Notes: a model not told the origin generated them from the sequence alone. A DNA stretch of 62,237 bases, filler included, from 8 parts of 8 records of this genome joined end to end with filler, not necessarily neighbours in it; one strand, 5' to 3'; positions 19,248 to 29,857 are shown, counted from the first letter of the whole stretch. Made by a program: numbers and translations.

Positions 19248-19619
19248 ATGAAATCTACCCAGATCAAAAAGATACTTTTACTTGATGACGACAGGATTCA
19301 AAAGATATTAGTGGAGAAGCGACTTTTGAAAATTAATTCAGGAATCGAATTTGTTTATTTTGACACGCCTAGTAAGGCTTTAGATTATCTCAAATCCGAC
19401 TCTGTGGATATGCTTTTGGTTGATCTCAATTTACCAGAAATGACTGGATGGGAATTCGTAGATGAGGTAGAAAAAGTGAGTCCAGATTCGGTCGTTATTT
19501 TGCAGTCTGGATCTGTTGAAAATGAGCAAATACAACGGGCAAATTCCGACAAGAGAATCAGTGAGATTTTTGAAAAACCCTTAAGTGAATCAGACTTAAG
19601 ATCAATCCTCGGACTTTGA
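19248..19619 (+). CDS. Single-domain (CheY-like) response regulator
   Basis: LLLDDD, VDLNLPEMTG (phospho-Asp), EKP; 123 aa. Confidence 0.88.
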   Translation: MKSTQIKKILLLDDDRIQKILVEKRLLKINSGIEFVYFDTPSKALDYLKSDSVDMLLVDLNLPEMTGWEFVDEVEKVSPDSVVILQSGSVENEQIQRANSDKRISEIFEKPLSESDLRSILGL

Positions 19620-19679
19620 AGTATATTAGAACTATCCTTTTGAATAATTTAATTAATTTCGAGCCATCAGAAAGAATGT

Positions 19680-20477
19680 ATGACTGAAAAAGCAGAAGAC
19701 AGAAAGCCCCTGCTTTCAAAGAAAATAGATAAGTTTTTTACCGGACTGGCGGACGCTTGGAATTTTGTAAGGCGATTCTTCAAAGAGGTATTTGTACCGC
19801 CTTATGAATTTAGGGAGGTCATTCATCAGTGCTACCGGATAGGTGTAGAATCTCTGCCTTTGATATCCCTTACTGGGTTTATCGTGGGTATAGTTTTTAC
19901 TAACCAGTCGAGACCATCTCTTTCGGAGTTTGGAGCGACTTCTTGGTTACCATCATTGATTTCGATCGCTGTAGTAAGGGCTATGGGACCACTGGTAACG
20001 GCACTAATTGCAGCGGGAAAGGTGGGTTCTAGTATAGGAGCGGAAATAGGCTCCATGAAGGTGACAGAGCAAATCGATGCGATGGAGGTTTCGGCGACCA
20101 ATCCATTTAATTTCTTGGTTGTTACGCGGGTCATTGCTACCACCCTAATGATTCCACTGCTAGTGATGTACACTGACTTTGTAGCGCTCATTGGATCATT
20201 TCTCAGTGTGAGTGCAAATGAAAAAGTGAGTATGACTACCTTTTTTGTACAGGTGTTCGAGTCGATTTCCTTTCTGGATATCACTTCCTCAGTGCTCAAG
20301 TCAATTTTATTTGGCTTTACTATAGGAATCGTGGGCTGTTACAAGGGGTATAATTCATCCAAGGGAACAGAAGGCGTAGGCCGTGCAGCGAATGCTGCGG
20401 TAGTTATGGCCATGTTCTTAATATTTATTGAAGAGCTCTTGGTACTTCAAATCGTAAACGCAATCCGAGCATTTTAA
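19680..20477 (+). CDS. mlaE: MlaE-family ABC permease
   Basis: AGKVGSSIGAEIGSMKVTEQIDAMEV; GTEGVG. Confidence 0.92.
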   Translation: MTEKAEDRKPLLSKKIDKFFTGLADAWNFVRRFFKEVFVPPYEFREVIHQCYRIGVESLPLISLTGFIVGIVFTNQSRPSLSEFGATSWLPSLISIAVVRAMGPLVTALIAAGKVGSSIGAEIGSMKVTEQIDAMEVSATNPFNFLVVTRVIATTLMIPLLVMYTDFVALIGSFLSVSANEKVSMTTFFVQVFESISFLDITSSVLKSILFGFTIGIVGCYKGYNSSKGTEGVGRAANAAVVMAMFLIFIEELLVLQIVNAIRAF

Positions 20478-20479
20478 TT

Positions 20480-21232
20480 ATGGAAGATAAGGTTGTAGAA
20501 ATTCGCGGTTTGATGAAGTCTTTCGGAGACTTAGATGTATTGAAAGGAGTCGATCTAGATCTGCACAAAGGTGAAAACCTGGTGGTGTTAGGTAAATCTG
20601 GCTCTGGAAAGTCCGTTTTGATCAAAATCATGGTGGGTCTGCTGAAACAGGATGCGGGAACCATGACTGTGCTTGGCAAAGAGGTTTCAACTCTTAGAAC
20701 CAAAGAGTTGAATGCGTTACGATTGAGGATTGGGTTCTCTTTCCAAAACTCAGCGCTTTACGATAGTATGACTGTCAGAGAGAACATGGAATTTCCTTTG
20801 GTGAGAAATATTAAAAACCTCACTAAGAAGGAGATTACTATGAAAATAGAAGGCTTGTTAGATAGTGTAGGACTTCCTCAGTCTATCAATCAGATGCCTT
20901 CAGAGCTTTCCGGTGGTCAAAAGAAAAGAATCGGTGTGGCACGGACCTTAATCTTGGAGCCTGAGATCATGCTTTACGATGAGCCTACCGCTGGTTTGGA
21001 CCCGATTACATGTGGTGAGATCAACACCCTGATTAACCAAGTTCGAGAAGAATACAATACATCATCCATCGTGATTACGCACGATTTGACCTGTGCCAAA
21101 GATACAGGAGATCGTATGGCAGTGTTATTGGATGGACAGTTTGACGCTGTCGGAACTTTTGAAGAGGTATTTCCTCATGCAGAAGACAAACGCATAAAAT
21201 CATTTTACGATTATAATTTTATCAACTCATGA
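20480..21232 (+). CDS. mlaF: MlaF-family ABC ATP-binding protein
   Basis: GKSGSGKS, FQNSALYDSMTV, LSGGQKKR, YDEPTAGLDPI. Confidence 0.92.
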   Translation: MEDKVVEIRGLMKSFGDLDVLKGVDLDLHKGENLVVLGKSGSGKSVLIKIMVGLLKQDAGTMTVLGKEVSTLRTKELNALRLRIGFSFQNSALYDSMTVRENMEFPLVRNIKNLTKKEITMKIEGLLDSVGLPQSINQMPSELSGGQKKRIGVARTLILEPEIMLYDEPTAGLDPITCGEINTLINQVREEYNTSSIVITHDLTCAKDTGDRMAVLLDGQFDAVGTFEEVFPHAEDKRIKSFYDYNFINS

Positions 21233-22206
21233 GAGGCGAAAATAAAAGATCAGTCATAGTAGGCATATTTGTCTTCCTAGGCATTGCAATCCTCGTGGCC
21301 GGGGTGTTGACTTTAGGTGGTCAGCAAAAGAAGTTTGTGAAAGCTATACAGTTAAAAGCTGTTTTCGATGATATCGGAGGACTTCAGACAGGAAATAACA
21401 TCTGGTTTTCCGGTGTGAAAATCGGTACGGTTAGAAAAATCAACTTCTATGGAGATTCTCAGGTGGAAATCGAAATGAATGTGGAGGAAGAAGTGGTCGA
21501 ATTCATTAGAAAGGATTCTAAGGCCACTATTAGCTCTGATGGGTTGATTGGTAACAAGATTATCATAATCTACGGAGGAACTACCTTGGCGCCCCCTGTA
21601 GTGGACGGAGACAGGCTAGAGTCTGTCATGCCGCTAGATACGGACAAGATGATGGAAACACTTCAGGTAAATAATGAAAATCTGGTCGAAATCACTGGAA
21701 ATCTTAAAAACCTGACGAGCAAACTAGCTGAGGGAGAAGGTATGGTAGGAGCAGCACTGACTGATTCTCTTCTAGCAGAAAGTTTCCGTGCTATTGTGAA
21801 AAACCTCAATCAAGCTTCAGTCAATAGTAATAGAATGATTAATGAATTAAACAGCTTCACCTCTAAATTGAATCAAAAAGGCAATCTATTCAATGACTTG
21901 GTGACAGATACTACGATGGCTGCTGACCTAAGACAATCAATGGAGAGTCTGAAAGAAGCTGCTGCCAACTCTGAGGAAATGACTCAGAAACTAAGTACTA
22001 TCACCGATAAATTTAACGATCCTAATAATTCCGTAGGAATGCTTTTAAATGATCCTGAATTTGCAAAAAGCCTTAAAAGTACCCTTGAGAATGCTGATTC
22101 AGCTACCTATAACTTAAACCGTGGAATGGATGCCCTTGAGTACACTTGGCCATTCAATAAAGGATTTAAGCGTAAGAAAAAGGAAGAAGCTAAGGAGAAT
22201 AACTAA
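21229..22206 (+). CDS. mlaD: MlaD/MCE-family protein with helical C-terminus
   Basis: N-terminal TM, GL..G..I.FSGVKIGTV, SDGLIG; long coiled-coil-like tail. Confidence 0.9.
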   Translation: MRGENKRSVIVGIFVFLGIAILVAGVLTLGGQQKKFVKAIQLKAVFDDIGGLQTGNNIWFSGVKIGTVRKINFYGDSQVEIEMNVEEEVVEFIRKDSKATISSDGLIGNKIIIIYGGTTLAPPVVDGDRLESVMPLDTDKMMETLQVNNENLVEITGNLKNLTSKLAEGEGMVGAALTDSLLAESFRAIVKNLNQASVNSNRMINELNSFTSKLNQKGNLFNDLVTDTTMAADLRQSMESLKEAAANSEEMTQKLSTITDKFNDPNNSVGMLLNDPEFAKSLKSTLENADSATYNLNRGMDALEYTWPFNKGFKRKKKEEAKENN

Positions 22207-22212
22207 TAGCTA

Positions 22213-22519
22213 TTAATCTTCATCATTGAGCCCGCGGGAAATTTTTTCGCGGGCTTCTTCTTTTTCATCCCCGTTTGCTTTCATCGTGTCTGTGTCGTTT
22301 CTCTTTGTCAAAACGGCTTTGATGGAGATAGGGAAGTGATCTGAGCCTATTCCTTTATGAACTTTTATTCCTCCTAGTCCAAAATGTTCGCTCAAAAAGA
22401 TATGATCAAGTGGCCATCTGAAGAATGGGACTTTCGCATGAAAAGTGTTGAACAATCCTCTTCCTCTGCGAGGGTCAGCCATTTCTGAGTTTTTCAAAAA
22501 CAGCTCAGTAGTATAACTC
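22213..22519 (-). CDS. Endonuclease/exonuclease/phosphatase family protein, C-terminal fragment
   Basis: DPRRGRG..NTF...WPLDHIF...GSDHFP. Confidence 0.85.
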
Positions 22520-22619
22520 NNNNNNNNNNNNNNNNNNNNNNNNNNNNNNNNNNNNNNNNNNNNTTAATTAATTAANNNNNNNNNNNNNNNNNNNNNNNNN
22601 NNNNNNNNNNNNNNNNNNN
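22520..22619. other. Artificial contig spacer
   Basis: N44-TTAATTAATTAA-N44. Confidence 0.99.
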
Positions 22620-22620
22620 C

Positions 22621-24813
22621 ATCTATGCAGTGCTGACCAATCATGATAACAGCGGTGGGATTGTGACGATCGGAATCACTCCGGGAGATATGGCGGAAGC
22701 TATGAAGGCTGAGCTTTCTCAAGTGGAGTTATCCGCAGGCACATCTTCGTTTATCGAGGGAATTGCTTTTGAGAATGGGGATACCAAGATGACTGGAGCT
22801 GGTCTTTATGTAGATCAGGCCTATTTTGATATTTTCTCAGTTGATTTTGTGGAGGGAAATCCAAGCCAGATCATGACGGGAATCAATAGCTTGGCGATAT
22901 CAGAGACTATGGCTACCAAACTTTTCGGCTCACCCAAGGAGGCATTGGGGAAATCTGTGAAGTGGCAAGTTTTTGACTATCACAATGACGTGGAAGTGAC
23001 TGGAGTTTACAAAGATTTCGGTTCCATGGAAGTGGACAAGCCTGACTATTTTCTTTCCTTTTCTTACTTCAAACAGATGCTTGGCGAAGGTGTTCATTGG
23101 GGTAATTTCAATGCTTCTACCTATGTGCTACTTCGTCCAGATACGGATGTAGCTGCTTTTAATGAGCAAATCGCTGGTTTCATCAAAGCAAAAGATGAAG
23201 GAAGTAATGTATCTGCTTTTGTGCAGCCTTATGGCGATACCTATCTCTATGGCACCTATGAAGATGGAAAAATAGCAGGTGGAAGGATCAGTTATGTGAA
23301 GCTTTTTTCAGCTATCGCAATCTTCATCTTGATCATCGCTTGTATCAATTTCATGAATCTAACGACGGCCAGATCGATGAGTAGATTGAAGGAAATAGGG
23401 GTGAAAAAATCCATGGGAGCAAGTCGAGGAGGCTTATTTGGACAATTCATGGTGGAGTCATTACTATTGACATTTATGGCGCTGGTTCTGGCTATAGTTG
23501 CAACATATGTGTTACAACCATTTTTCAATCAGGTTACTTCCAAAACACTCAGCATGTCATTTCAGCCTGAGTTGATTCTGATTTTGCTCGGAATTTGGCT
23601 ATTAACAAGTTTTTTGGCGGGGATTTATCCAGCTGTTTACCTCTCCAAGTTCAAGCCTGTGGAGGTGATGAAATCTAATATCAAAGGAAGTTTTGGAGAA
23701 TTGCTGGCGCGAAAAGGTCTAGTGGTTTTTCAGTTTGCTATTTCTCTCCTTTTGATCATCGGGATCTCTGTGATTGGCAAGCAGATGTCTTTTATACAAG
23801 ACCAAAATTTGGGTTACAATCAAAGCCAACTACTACAAATCAACGCATCTACAGTCAATCCTAATCAATTACAATCGTTTTTGGCAGAACTCAATGATAA
23901 TCCAGGAGTCGAGAATGCTTCGAGTTTGAGCCATCCTTTGGTTGGCTTGAATAGCGCAACTATTGGTCTTACGTGGGAAGGGAAAAACCCTGAAGAGCAG
24001 GTGAAATTTGAAAATGTTTCAGTCAACATGGGATTGATCGAAACCATGGGGTTTGAATTGGTGGGCGGTAGAGCGTTTTCGCCAGAGTTTGGAGAGGAAG
24101 AGTCGAAGATAATTTTGAATGAAGCCGCAGTTCGGACCATAGGATTTGATGATCCAGTTGGACAAATTGTGAATCTCTGGGGAGAGGACAAAGAAGTGAT
24201 TGGAGTGATCAAGGATTTCAATTTCGAATCACTCAAAGAGACTGTTAAACCTGCTTTCCTGAAGTACGATCCGGGTTTTGCACAAAGACTTATGGTGAGA
24301 ATTGAGCCTCAAAATCAGCAGGAAACTATTGCTAGAATTGATGCGCTTTTTGTAAAGCAAACCGCTCAGCCTATGGATTATTCGTTCATGGATGAGGATT
24401 ATCAGTCACTTTATGCTTCCGAACAGCGCGTGTCCAAACTGGCAAAGTATTTCGGCGTAATGGCAATTTTCTTGAGTTGTCTGGGATTATTTGGTTTGGC
24501 GGCGTTTACTGCAGAAAAACGAAAGAAAGAGATAGGCGTTCGCAAAGTAATGGGAGCTTCCACTTTTAGCATTCTGACTTTGGTATCTAAGGATTTCGTG
24601 CAGCTTATCTTGGTATCTATCATCATCGCCGTTCCACTGGCATGGTATTTCGCCAATAACTGGCTGAAAACCTACGCCTATCAGACAAGTTTAAGTTGGT
24701 GGATCTTTGCAGGATCTGGCTTTTTATTAGTTCTAATAGCTGTGATCACGGTAGGAGTTCAGGCTTTCAAAGCTGCTTCAGCTAATCCTGTGAATTCGCT
24801 GAAAAGTGAATAG
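22621..24813 (+). CDS. Duplicated MacB/FtsX-type ABC permease (Bacteroidota type), 5' partial
   Basis: IACINFMNL..R.KEIGVKK.MGA; second repeat CLGLFGL...RKKEIGVRKVMGA; ends AA.ANPV.SLKSE. Confidence 0.9.
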   Translation: MYAVLTNHDNSGGIVTIGITPGDMAEAMKAELSQVELSAGTSSFIEGIAFENGDTKMTGAGLYVDQAYFDIFSVDFVEGNPSQIMTGINSLAISETMATKLFGSPKEALGKSVKWQVFDYHNDVEVTGVYKDFGSMEVDKPDYFLSFSYFKQMLGEGVHWGNFNASTYVLLRPDTDVAAFNEQIAGFIKAKDEGSNVSAFVQPYGDTYLYGTYEDGKIAGGRISYVKLFSAIAIFILIIACINFMNLTTARSMSRLKEIGVKKSMGASRGGLFGQFMVESLLLTFMALVLAIVATYVLQPFFNQVTSKTLSMSFQPELILILLGIWLLTSFLAGIYPAVYLSKFKPVEVMKSNIKGSFGELLARKGLVVFQFAISLLLIIGISVIGKQMSFIQDQNLGYNQSQLLQINASTVNPNQLQSFLAELNDNPGVENASSLSHPLVGLNSATIGLTWEGKNPEEQVKFENVSVNMGLIETMGFELVGGRAFSPEFGEEESKIILNEAAVRTIGFDDPVGQIVNLWGEDKEVIGVIKDFNFESLKETVKPAFLKYDPGFAQRLMVRIEPQNQQETIARIDALFVKQTAQPMDYSFMDEDYQSLYASEQRVSKLAKYFGVMAIFLSCLGLFGLAAFTAEKRKKEIGVRKVMGASTFSILTLVSKDFVQLILVSIIIAVPLAWYFANNWLKTYAYQTSLSWWIFAGSGFLLVLIAVITVGVQAFKAASANPVNSLKSE

Positions 24814-24865
24814 TGAAGTAGCTAGTATTAAGATCCAAAATGTAAGATTCAAGTCAGAAAGTTTA

Positions 24866-24922
24866 ACTGTCCGAGGTAGGTTTCATTCAGAAAGCTGAAG
24901 ATAATCCTTCACCTCGGTCAGT
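24866..24922. repeat. Long intergenic inverted repeat (REP-like stem-loop)
   Basis: ACTG-T-CCGAGGT-AGG...TTCAG-AAAG-CTGAA...CCT-TC-ACCTCGG-T-CAGT. Confidence 0.6.
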
Positions 24923-24968
24923 GCCTGCTTTGCTGTTAGGCAATTCCTCGCGGATCAAAACACAAGTG

Positions 24969-24991
24969 GCCTGTGAAGACACAGGCAACGG
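24969..24991. repeat. REP-like palindrome
   Basis: GCCTGTG-AAGA-CACAGGC followed by AACGG. Confidence 0.55.
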
Positions 24992-25022
24992 TGGCAGCGA
25001 TACATACCACGGCGATACATAT

Positions 25023-26558
25023 TTACTTCTTTTGATACTTTCCGTTTTCTAAAATCAACACATTAGGCAGTTCGTTTATGCCTTGGATTACCAATTTAGT
25101 GTACTCCAGCGTGGTGTGGAGGTAAGATCCCAAGACGATGTCCATGTCTCCGTCTGCATCTAGATCTCCCACATCCATTGTCATCCATTTTCCTAAGGCA
25201 GCTTCAGGAATGTACTTGGGCTTAAAAGTCATATTTCCTGTGTTTTCAAAAAGTATAAATTGCTGCTCTGGATATTCGAGTTCATCATAAAAAGCAATCG
25301 TAGCCAAGTCTAAATCTCCGTCTTCATCAAAGTCCAAAGCCATTACTTTGACTGCTCCATACTGAGGATAAAACCATGCTTCTTCAAAATTCCCATTGCC
25401 CTTGTTTTCATAGATACGATAACCATGGTAAGGTTTAGGGACAGAGGAATAGTCCCAATTATCTCCGTTGCTGACCAACAGATCCAATTCTCCATCGTCA
25501 TTCAGATCCTGTAGCTCAAAATAGCTGGAACCCATTACAGGTGAAAATCTCAGTAAAATTTTCTCAGCAGCGAATTCACCATTTCCCTGATTATAAAAAA
25601 CGGAGATACGCTCATTTCCCTGGCAGAAGAGAGCTACGATATCCAGTTTTCCATCGTGATTTAAGTCAGCAACTTCTAATTTTCTAGCACCAGCTCCACC
25701 GAGTTGAATCGGTTTTGAGCTAAGATTTCCATCTGGATAGATAGTGATGCCACCGCCATGATGGCCATAGTTGCAAAGCAAGAAATCGGGTTTTCCGTCC
25801 ATTTCTATGTCTTCCCAGATTGCAAAAACAGGTCTGGGCAACTGATCCAGAACTTGAGTCCAAGAGTCGTAATTCAAGTCCATTTCATAAAGCACACCTT
25901 GTGAAAGATCACTCGGGGCTATGGATCCAATGGAAATGAAATTGTAAACGTTAACAGCTTTTTTAATGAAATTTATCGCCGGGGTTGAAGCTTGAGGAAG
26001 GGTGTAAAGCTCATCACTTTGCACTTTTACATAAATTTGATTGCTAGTGGCATCTGCGATAAAAAGCTCAGATCTTTCTTGATTGATCGCTACTAGACTT
26101 GTCTTTGGACTTTGAATACCTTCTATGAAAAGCTTCTTTGCTATAAAGTTATGTAAGGGTTGTGGAGATTCTTTTGCTTGTTGGAAAGCTAACTCTTTTG
26201 GAGCTTCAGCTCCGTAAAAATCCATAATCGCTTGAAAGTCCTCTGTAGTAATCATAGAGGTGGAAGGATACACCCCGAATTTTTTACTGATGGCAATTTC
26301 TTCTGTGGATTTATTCTCGTAAACTCCCAAACTATCCTGAGCCGCTTTAAAACCCATCATCGCTGCCATTAGTGGAAGAACTTGCTGCTTCCAGATAGCT
26401 TTGGGTAAAAGGGAAGGAGATGGGTAAGCATGACAGGCGCCACAGTAACTTTCGGCCAACACTCTGCCTTTTAGTAATGCCTCATCCTGAGCTTTAGCAG
26501 CTAAGCAAAGCAGGAAACCCATAGAAAGCAGGAAGATGGATTTACGAAGAAGAGACAT
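25023..26558 (-). CDS. Exported c-type heme (CxxCH) protein with FG-GAP/VCBS repeat beta-propeller
   Basis: Signal peptide; YCGACH; repeats DIEMDGKPD, DLNHDGKLD, DLNDDGELD, DFDEDGDLD, DLDADGDMD. Confidence 0.82.
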   Translation of the reverse strand: MSLLRKSIFLLSMGFLLCLAAKAQDEALLKGRVLAESYCGACHAYPSPSLLPKAIWKQQVLPLMAAMMGFKAAQDSLGVYENKSTEEIAISKKFGVYPSTSMITTEDFQAIMDFYGAEAPKELAFQQAKESPQPLHNFIAKKLFIEGIQSPKTSLVAINQERSELFIADATSNQIYVKVQSDELYTLPQASTPAINFIKKAVNVYNFISIGSIAPSDLSQGVLYEMDLNYDSWTQVLDQLPRPVFAIWEDIEMDGKPDFLLCNYGHHGGGITIYPDGNLSSKPIQLGGAGARKLEVADLNHDGKLDIVALFCQGNERISVFYNQGNGEFAAEKILLRFSPVMGSSYFELQDLNDDGELDLLVSNGDNWDYSSVPKPYHGYRIYENKGNGNFEEAWFYPQYGAVKVMALDFDEDGDLDLATIAFYDELEYPEQQFILFENTGNMTFKPKYIPEAALGKWMTMDVGDLDADGDMDIVLGSYLHTTLEYTKLVIQGINELPNVLILENGKYQKK

Positions 26559-26726
26559 TTACTGCCTGTATTGAAGTTTTTATGAAGAATAGGAATCGGC
26601 TTGCTTAATAGCTGAATCAGCATACCAATATAAATTCGATTTTCTGGTTTTTACTATACTTGGTTTACCGAGTTCAAAAGCAAAGAGTATATAGTTGATG
26701 ATAAGATTCTATATAATACTACTTTT

Positions 26727-27653
26727 CTATTCTGTGTTTTTTTGCTCTGTTAAGCTACTCGTCTCAATAAAGATTCTTTGTACAATAGGATGGAAGTGTC
26801 GAATCTCTTTTTCAAGTCTAGATACCGCTTTCTCAATATCCAGTGAAGATTGATTTTTCTTAAATCGAATGTCAATAGCTAAAAAAACATTATGCGGACC
26901 AAAATACATAGTTAAGGGTTTTTTAGCCTTTTCTACCGCCTCATCTGCATGCACAATTTTTAGAATACTGGATGATATTTCTTGATTCGCACCTTCTCCT
27001 ATAAGTAAGCCCTTACTTTCTATTGCCAATATCAAGGCTATTACCGCAAGTAAAAGACCGATAAGAATAGACGCATAGGCATCATATCGTGCGTCTTCAA
27101 AATAATGTCCTAGAAATAAGCCTAGACCAGCTATTACTAAACCCACAAGCGCACCTGAATCTTCCAATATTACAGCAAAGCTCCCGGGATCCTTGCTTAA
27201 TTTGATAGCTTTCCAATAACTGTTTTTTCCTTTTTGTTTTTTGAAATTTTTTAATGCAAAATATAGTGCTGATCCTTCAAATAAAAAGGCAAGTCCCAAC
27301 ACAACGTAACTCCAGAATGGATCCGTTAATGGAACAGGGTTAGATATATGAGAAATCCCTTTGTATAAAGACATTCCACCACCGATTGAAAAAATAAGTA
27401 TGGCAACAATCAATGACCAGAAATAGAGTTCTTTACCATGACCAAATGGATGATTGTCATCAGCCGGTTTTTTGCTTTTATGGATTCCATATAAAAGTAA
27501 TCCCCCGTTACCCGTATCTACTAGAGAGTGAATTCCTTCAGAAATCATCGCCGAACTTCCGCTAAAACTTGCTGCTATAAATTTAGCTACGGCTATCGCA
27601 AGGTTTGCAACAATCGCTGCATATATGGGTAATTTACTTCCCGATGTATCCAT
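26727..27653 (-). CDS. Cation diffusion facilitator (CDF) family transporter
   Basis: SGSSAMISEGIHSLVDTGN, HPFGHGKELYFW, EDSGAL; C-terminal cytoplasmic domain. Confidence 0.92.
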   Translation of the reverse strand: MDTSGSKLPIYAAIVANLAIAVAKFIAASFSGSSAMISEGIHSLVDTGNGGLLLYGIHKSKKPADDNHPFGHGKELYFWSLIVAILIFSIGGGMSLYKGISHISNPVPLTDPFWSYVVLGLAFLFEGSALYFALKNFKKQKGKNSYWKAIKLSKDPGSFAVILEDSGALVGLVIAGLGLFLGHYFEDARYDAYASILIGLLLAVIALILAIESKGLLIGEGANQEISSSILKIVHADEAVEKAKKPLTMYFGPHNVFLAIDIRFKKNQSSLDIEKAVSRLEKEIRHFHPIVQRIFIETSSLTEQKNTE

Positions 27654-27802
27654 TTTTTGAAATAATTAAATTAATCGAAATATGTTCTACTGACTGACTT
27701 AGTAAGACACTTTAATTGTCATGTCTATTCGATTCTATTTGTCAATATATTATGTAGTTAAAATGAAATCATTCGTGTTGATCTATCACTTGAAAGAGTT
27801 GC

Positions 27803-28606
27803 CTAACCCAAGTCAGCAATATCAGAATGGCGCGCAACCATGAAACAAAAGATTCCATAACCCAGCATTCCTAGTGCGACTGCCCCCATAAGAAAGTTGC
27901 CATAAGGTAAACTTAATAAATATTGCAAAGCACCTTCTGTACCCTCTAGGGCATTGGCATCGTGAGCCAAGCTAACTCTAATTATAAAAAAAGAAATGAT
28001 TCCAAAAACTACTCCTCTTGCTAAATAGCCATACCTACCGCTATGTTTAACCAAGTTGTATTCATTTTTATTTTTGGGATTTTCATCAATCTGCTTCATG
28101 TATTTGCCACTAAATCCTAAATAGCACTGCCATATTGCATTCAAAGCCATCCCTACGGCAATAATCCATATTGCCCAAACTCCCCATTCTTTTTCAAGCA
28201 ATTGGCTCAGTGCTGCTTTTTTAGAATCATCGCCTGACGAACCTGCAATACTAAAAAGTGGTTTCGCAAATGAAAAGGCAATGATTGCATAAAATATTCC
28301 TGAATAGGCATATTGGAGTCTAGGACCAATCCTTTTTTCATCTTCGTCGCAACTGGGATCGACTGCAGCTTCATAAAAGCGCCATAAGCTATAAGCCAAT
28401 AAGCCTAAAGCTAAAATTGCAGTGAGTATTACTCCGCCAGGTAATGCTTGAAGAAATAAAACAATACCTGATTTTCCTTTAATGTCTCCACCCAATCTGA
28501 AGGCAACCATTGCAGCTAGAATACCCATTAGCGCGTATACTAATCCTTTACTGTAAAAGCCGAATTGCTTTACTTTTTTTATTTTGTCTTTCTTGGAGTT
28601 GTCCAT
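27803..28606 (-). CDS. DUF1206-family membrane protein
   Basis: Three internal repeats (GFYSKGLVY..MG; YSGIFY; GYLARGVVF) with ...PYG..L..VALG..GYG. Confidence 0.78.
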   Translation of the reverse strand: MDNSKKDKIKKVKQFGFYSKGLVYALMGILAAMVAFRLGGDIKGKSGIVLFLQALPGGVILTAILALGLLAYSLWRFYEAAVDPSCDEDEKRIGPRLQYAYSGIFYAIIAFSFAKPLFSIAGSSGDDSKKAALSQLLEKEWGVWAIWIIAVGMALNAIWQCYLGFSGKYMKQIDENPKNKNEYNLVKHSGRYGYLARGVVFGIISFFIIRVSLAHDANALEGTEGALQYLLSLPYGNFLMGAVALGMLGYGIFCFMVARHSDIADLG

Positions 28607-28786
28607 ATACTGATATCCCGAAATGGGGAATTTTTATGTTGAATTAGTACTAGGGATACTATTAACCATAAGTAGTGCCATGGTGTTTTGACCTAGTGTA
28701 TCCTAACATGCTACAGCCAACGTGGCCAGCGGATGGAAACTTCAGCTATTATTATCTAAATCAGCTTTCCTCAACAACAGTGAAGT

Positions 28787-29857
28787 TTATTTTGAACTGA
28801 ACCAAGCCATACCATCCGGGTTTTGAAGGCCGGTTATTTCTTTGATCACCGTCATGGTGTTAGTGTCGATCACTACAAGCTTATTGCCGGCGCTTACTGT
28901 ATAGTATGCCCGTGGGCGTACTGGATCGATGAGGATGCCTTCTCCACCGGCACCTACGTCAATACGTTTCACCTCTTTACGTGTTGCCACATCCCAGACA
29001 CGCAGTTCGTTGCCCTGTAGCTCATTCATCAATACGTATTTTCCGTCCTTTGTAAACTTAATGCGGTTGTTCAAACCGCCTTCAAACGAAATAGTGCTGA
29101 CCAGTTTCTTTTCTGGCACGTTGATGATCGATATCTCTTTCGCATGCATGTGAAGGGCCCAAAACTCGTTGCCGTCGGGTGAAAGCGCCATGCCTTCCAT
29201 GCGGGTGTCTCCAGGGAAATTAGTGAAAGAAAAATTTTTCTGCCCTTTATCATTTGTTATCCGATCGACAATAGAAATCACACTGCCATTGCTGCTTGCA
29301 GTAAAGATTCGCTGTTCATCGGGAGTGACGATGAGCATGTGTGATCCACCGGGGAGTCCAATTACCTCGTCAAACTTCTTGGTTGCCGGATCATAACGTG
29401 TGATCAGGCGGTTGGTCTCATGGCCAAGGTAAAGATGTGTTCCTGCGAAAGTAATCGCATGACGGTCTCCAAATGCGCCGATGTCAATGGGCTCAATCCG
29501 CTTTTGCGCAATCGCATCCACTACCGTGATTCCAGGCAGATTCGAACCTATGTACACATACCGCCCGTCGGTTGCGATTTCATGAAGATTTCCTCCTGCC
29601 GGAATACGAGCTACCACTTCAAGTGTTTCGGGATCGATTATCACCAGACGGCCAGCAGCCTTCTCGCCTAGCAGTAACGCATGTTTGGGTGTGGGTCCAA
29701 AACTCACTACCGGCGAATCTGGGTCGACGGCACGGTTTTCCCCCTGCCCAGCACTTTTGCCAGAACCTCCTGATGGTAGGGTCTGAGCAAGCAGTGGTTT
29801 TACTTCAAGAAAGAAAAGGGTGATCAGTAGTAGTAAAAAACAACTTGATTTTTTCAT
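28787..29857 (-). CDS. YncE/YVTN-like beta-propeller exported protein
   Basis: Signal peptide from MKKSSCF; repeats such as IIDPETLEVVARIPAG, TPDEQRIF, SPDGNEFW, VWDVATRKEVKRIDVG, NPDGM. Confidence 0.78.
   Translation of the reverse strand: MKKSSCFLLLLITLFFLEVKPLLAQTLPSGGSGKSAGQGENRAVDPDSPVVSFGPTPKHALLLGEKAAGRLVIIDPETLEVVARIPAGGNLHEIATDGRYVYIGSNLPGITVVDAIAQKRIEPIDIGAFGDRHAITFAGTHLYLGHETNRLITRYDPATKKFDEVIGLPGGSHMLIVTPDEQRIFTASSNGSVISIVDRITNDKGQKNFSFTNFPGDTRMEGMALSPDGNEFWALHMHAKEISIINVPEKKLVSTISFEGGLNNRIKFTKDGKYVLMNELQGNELRVWDVATRKEVKRIDVGAGGEGILIDPVRPRAYYTVSAGNKLVVIDTNTMTVIKEITGLQNPDGMAWFSSK

Noticed and set aside
19680..22206. mlaEFD lacking mlaB, mlaC and mlaA
   Set aside because: The three-gene form is normal in Bacteroidota.
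28664..28680. Sigma-54-like TGGCAC motif upstream of DUF1206 (minus strand)
   Set aside because: The -12 position is GG rather than GC; too weak to call.
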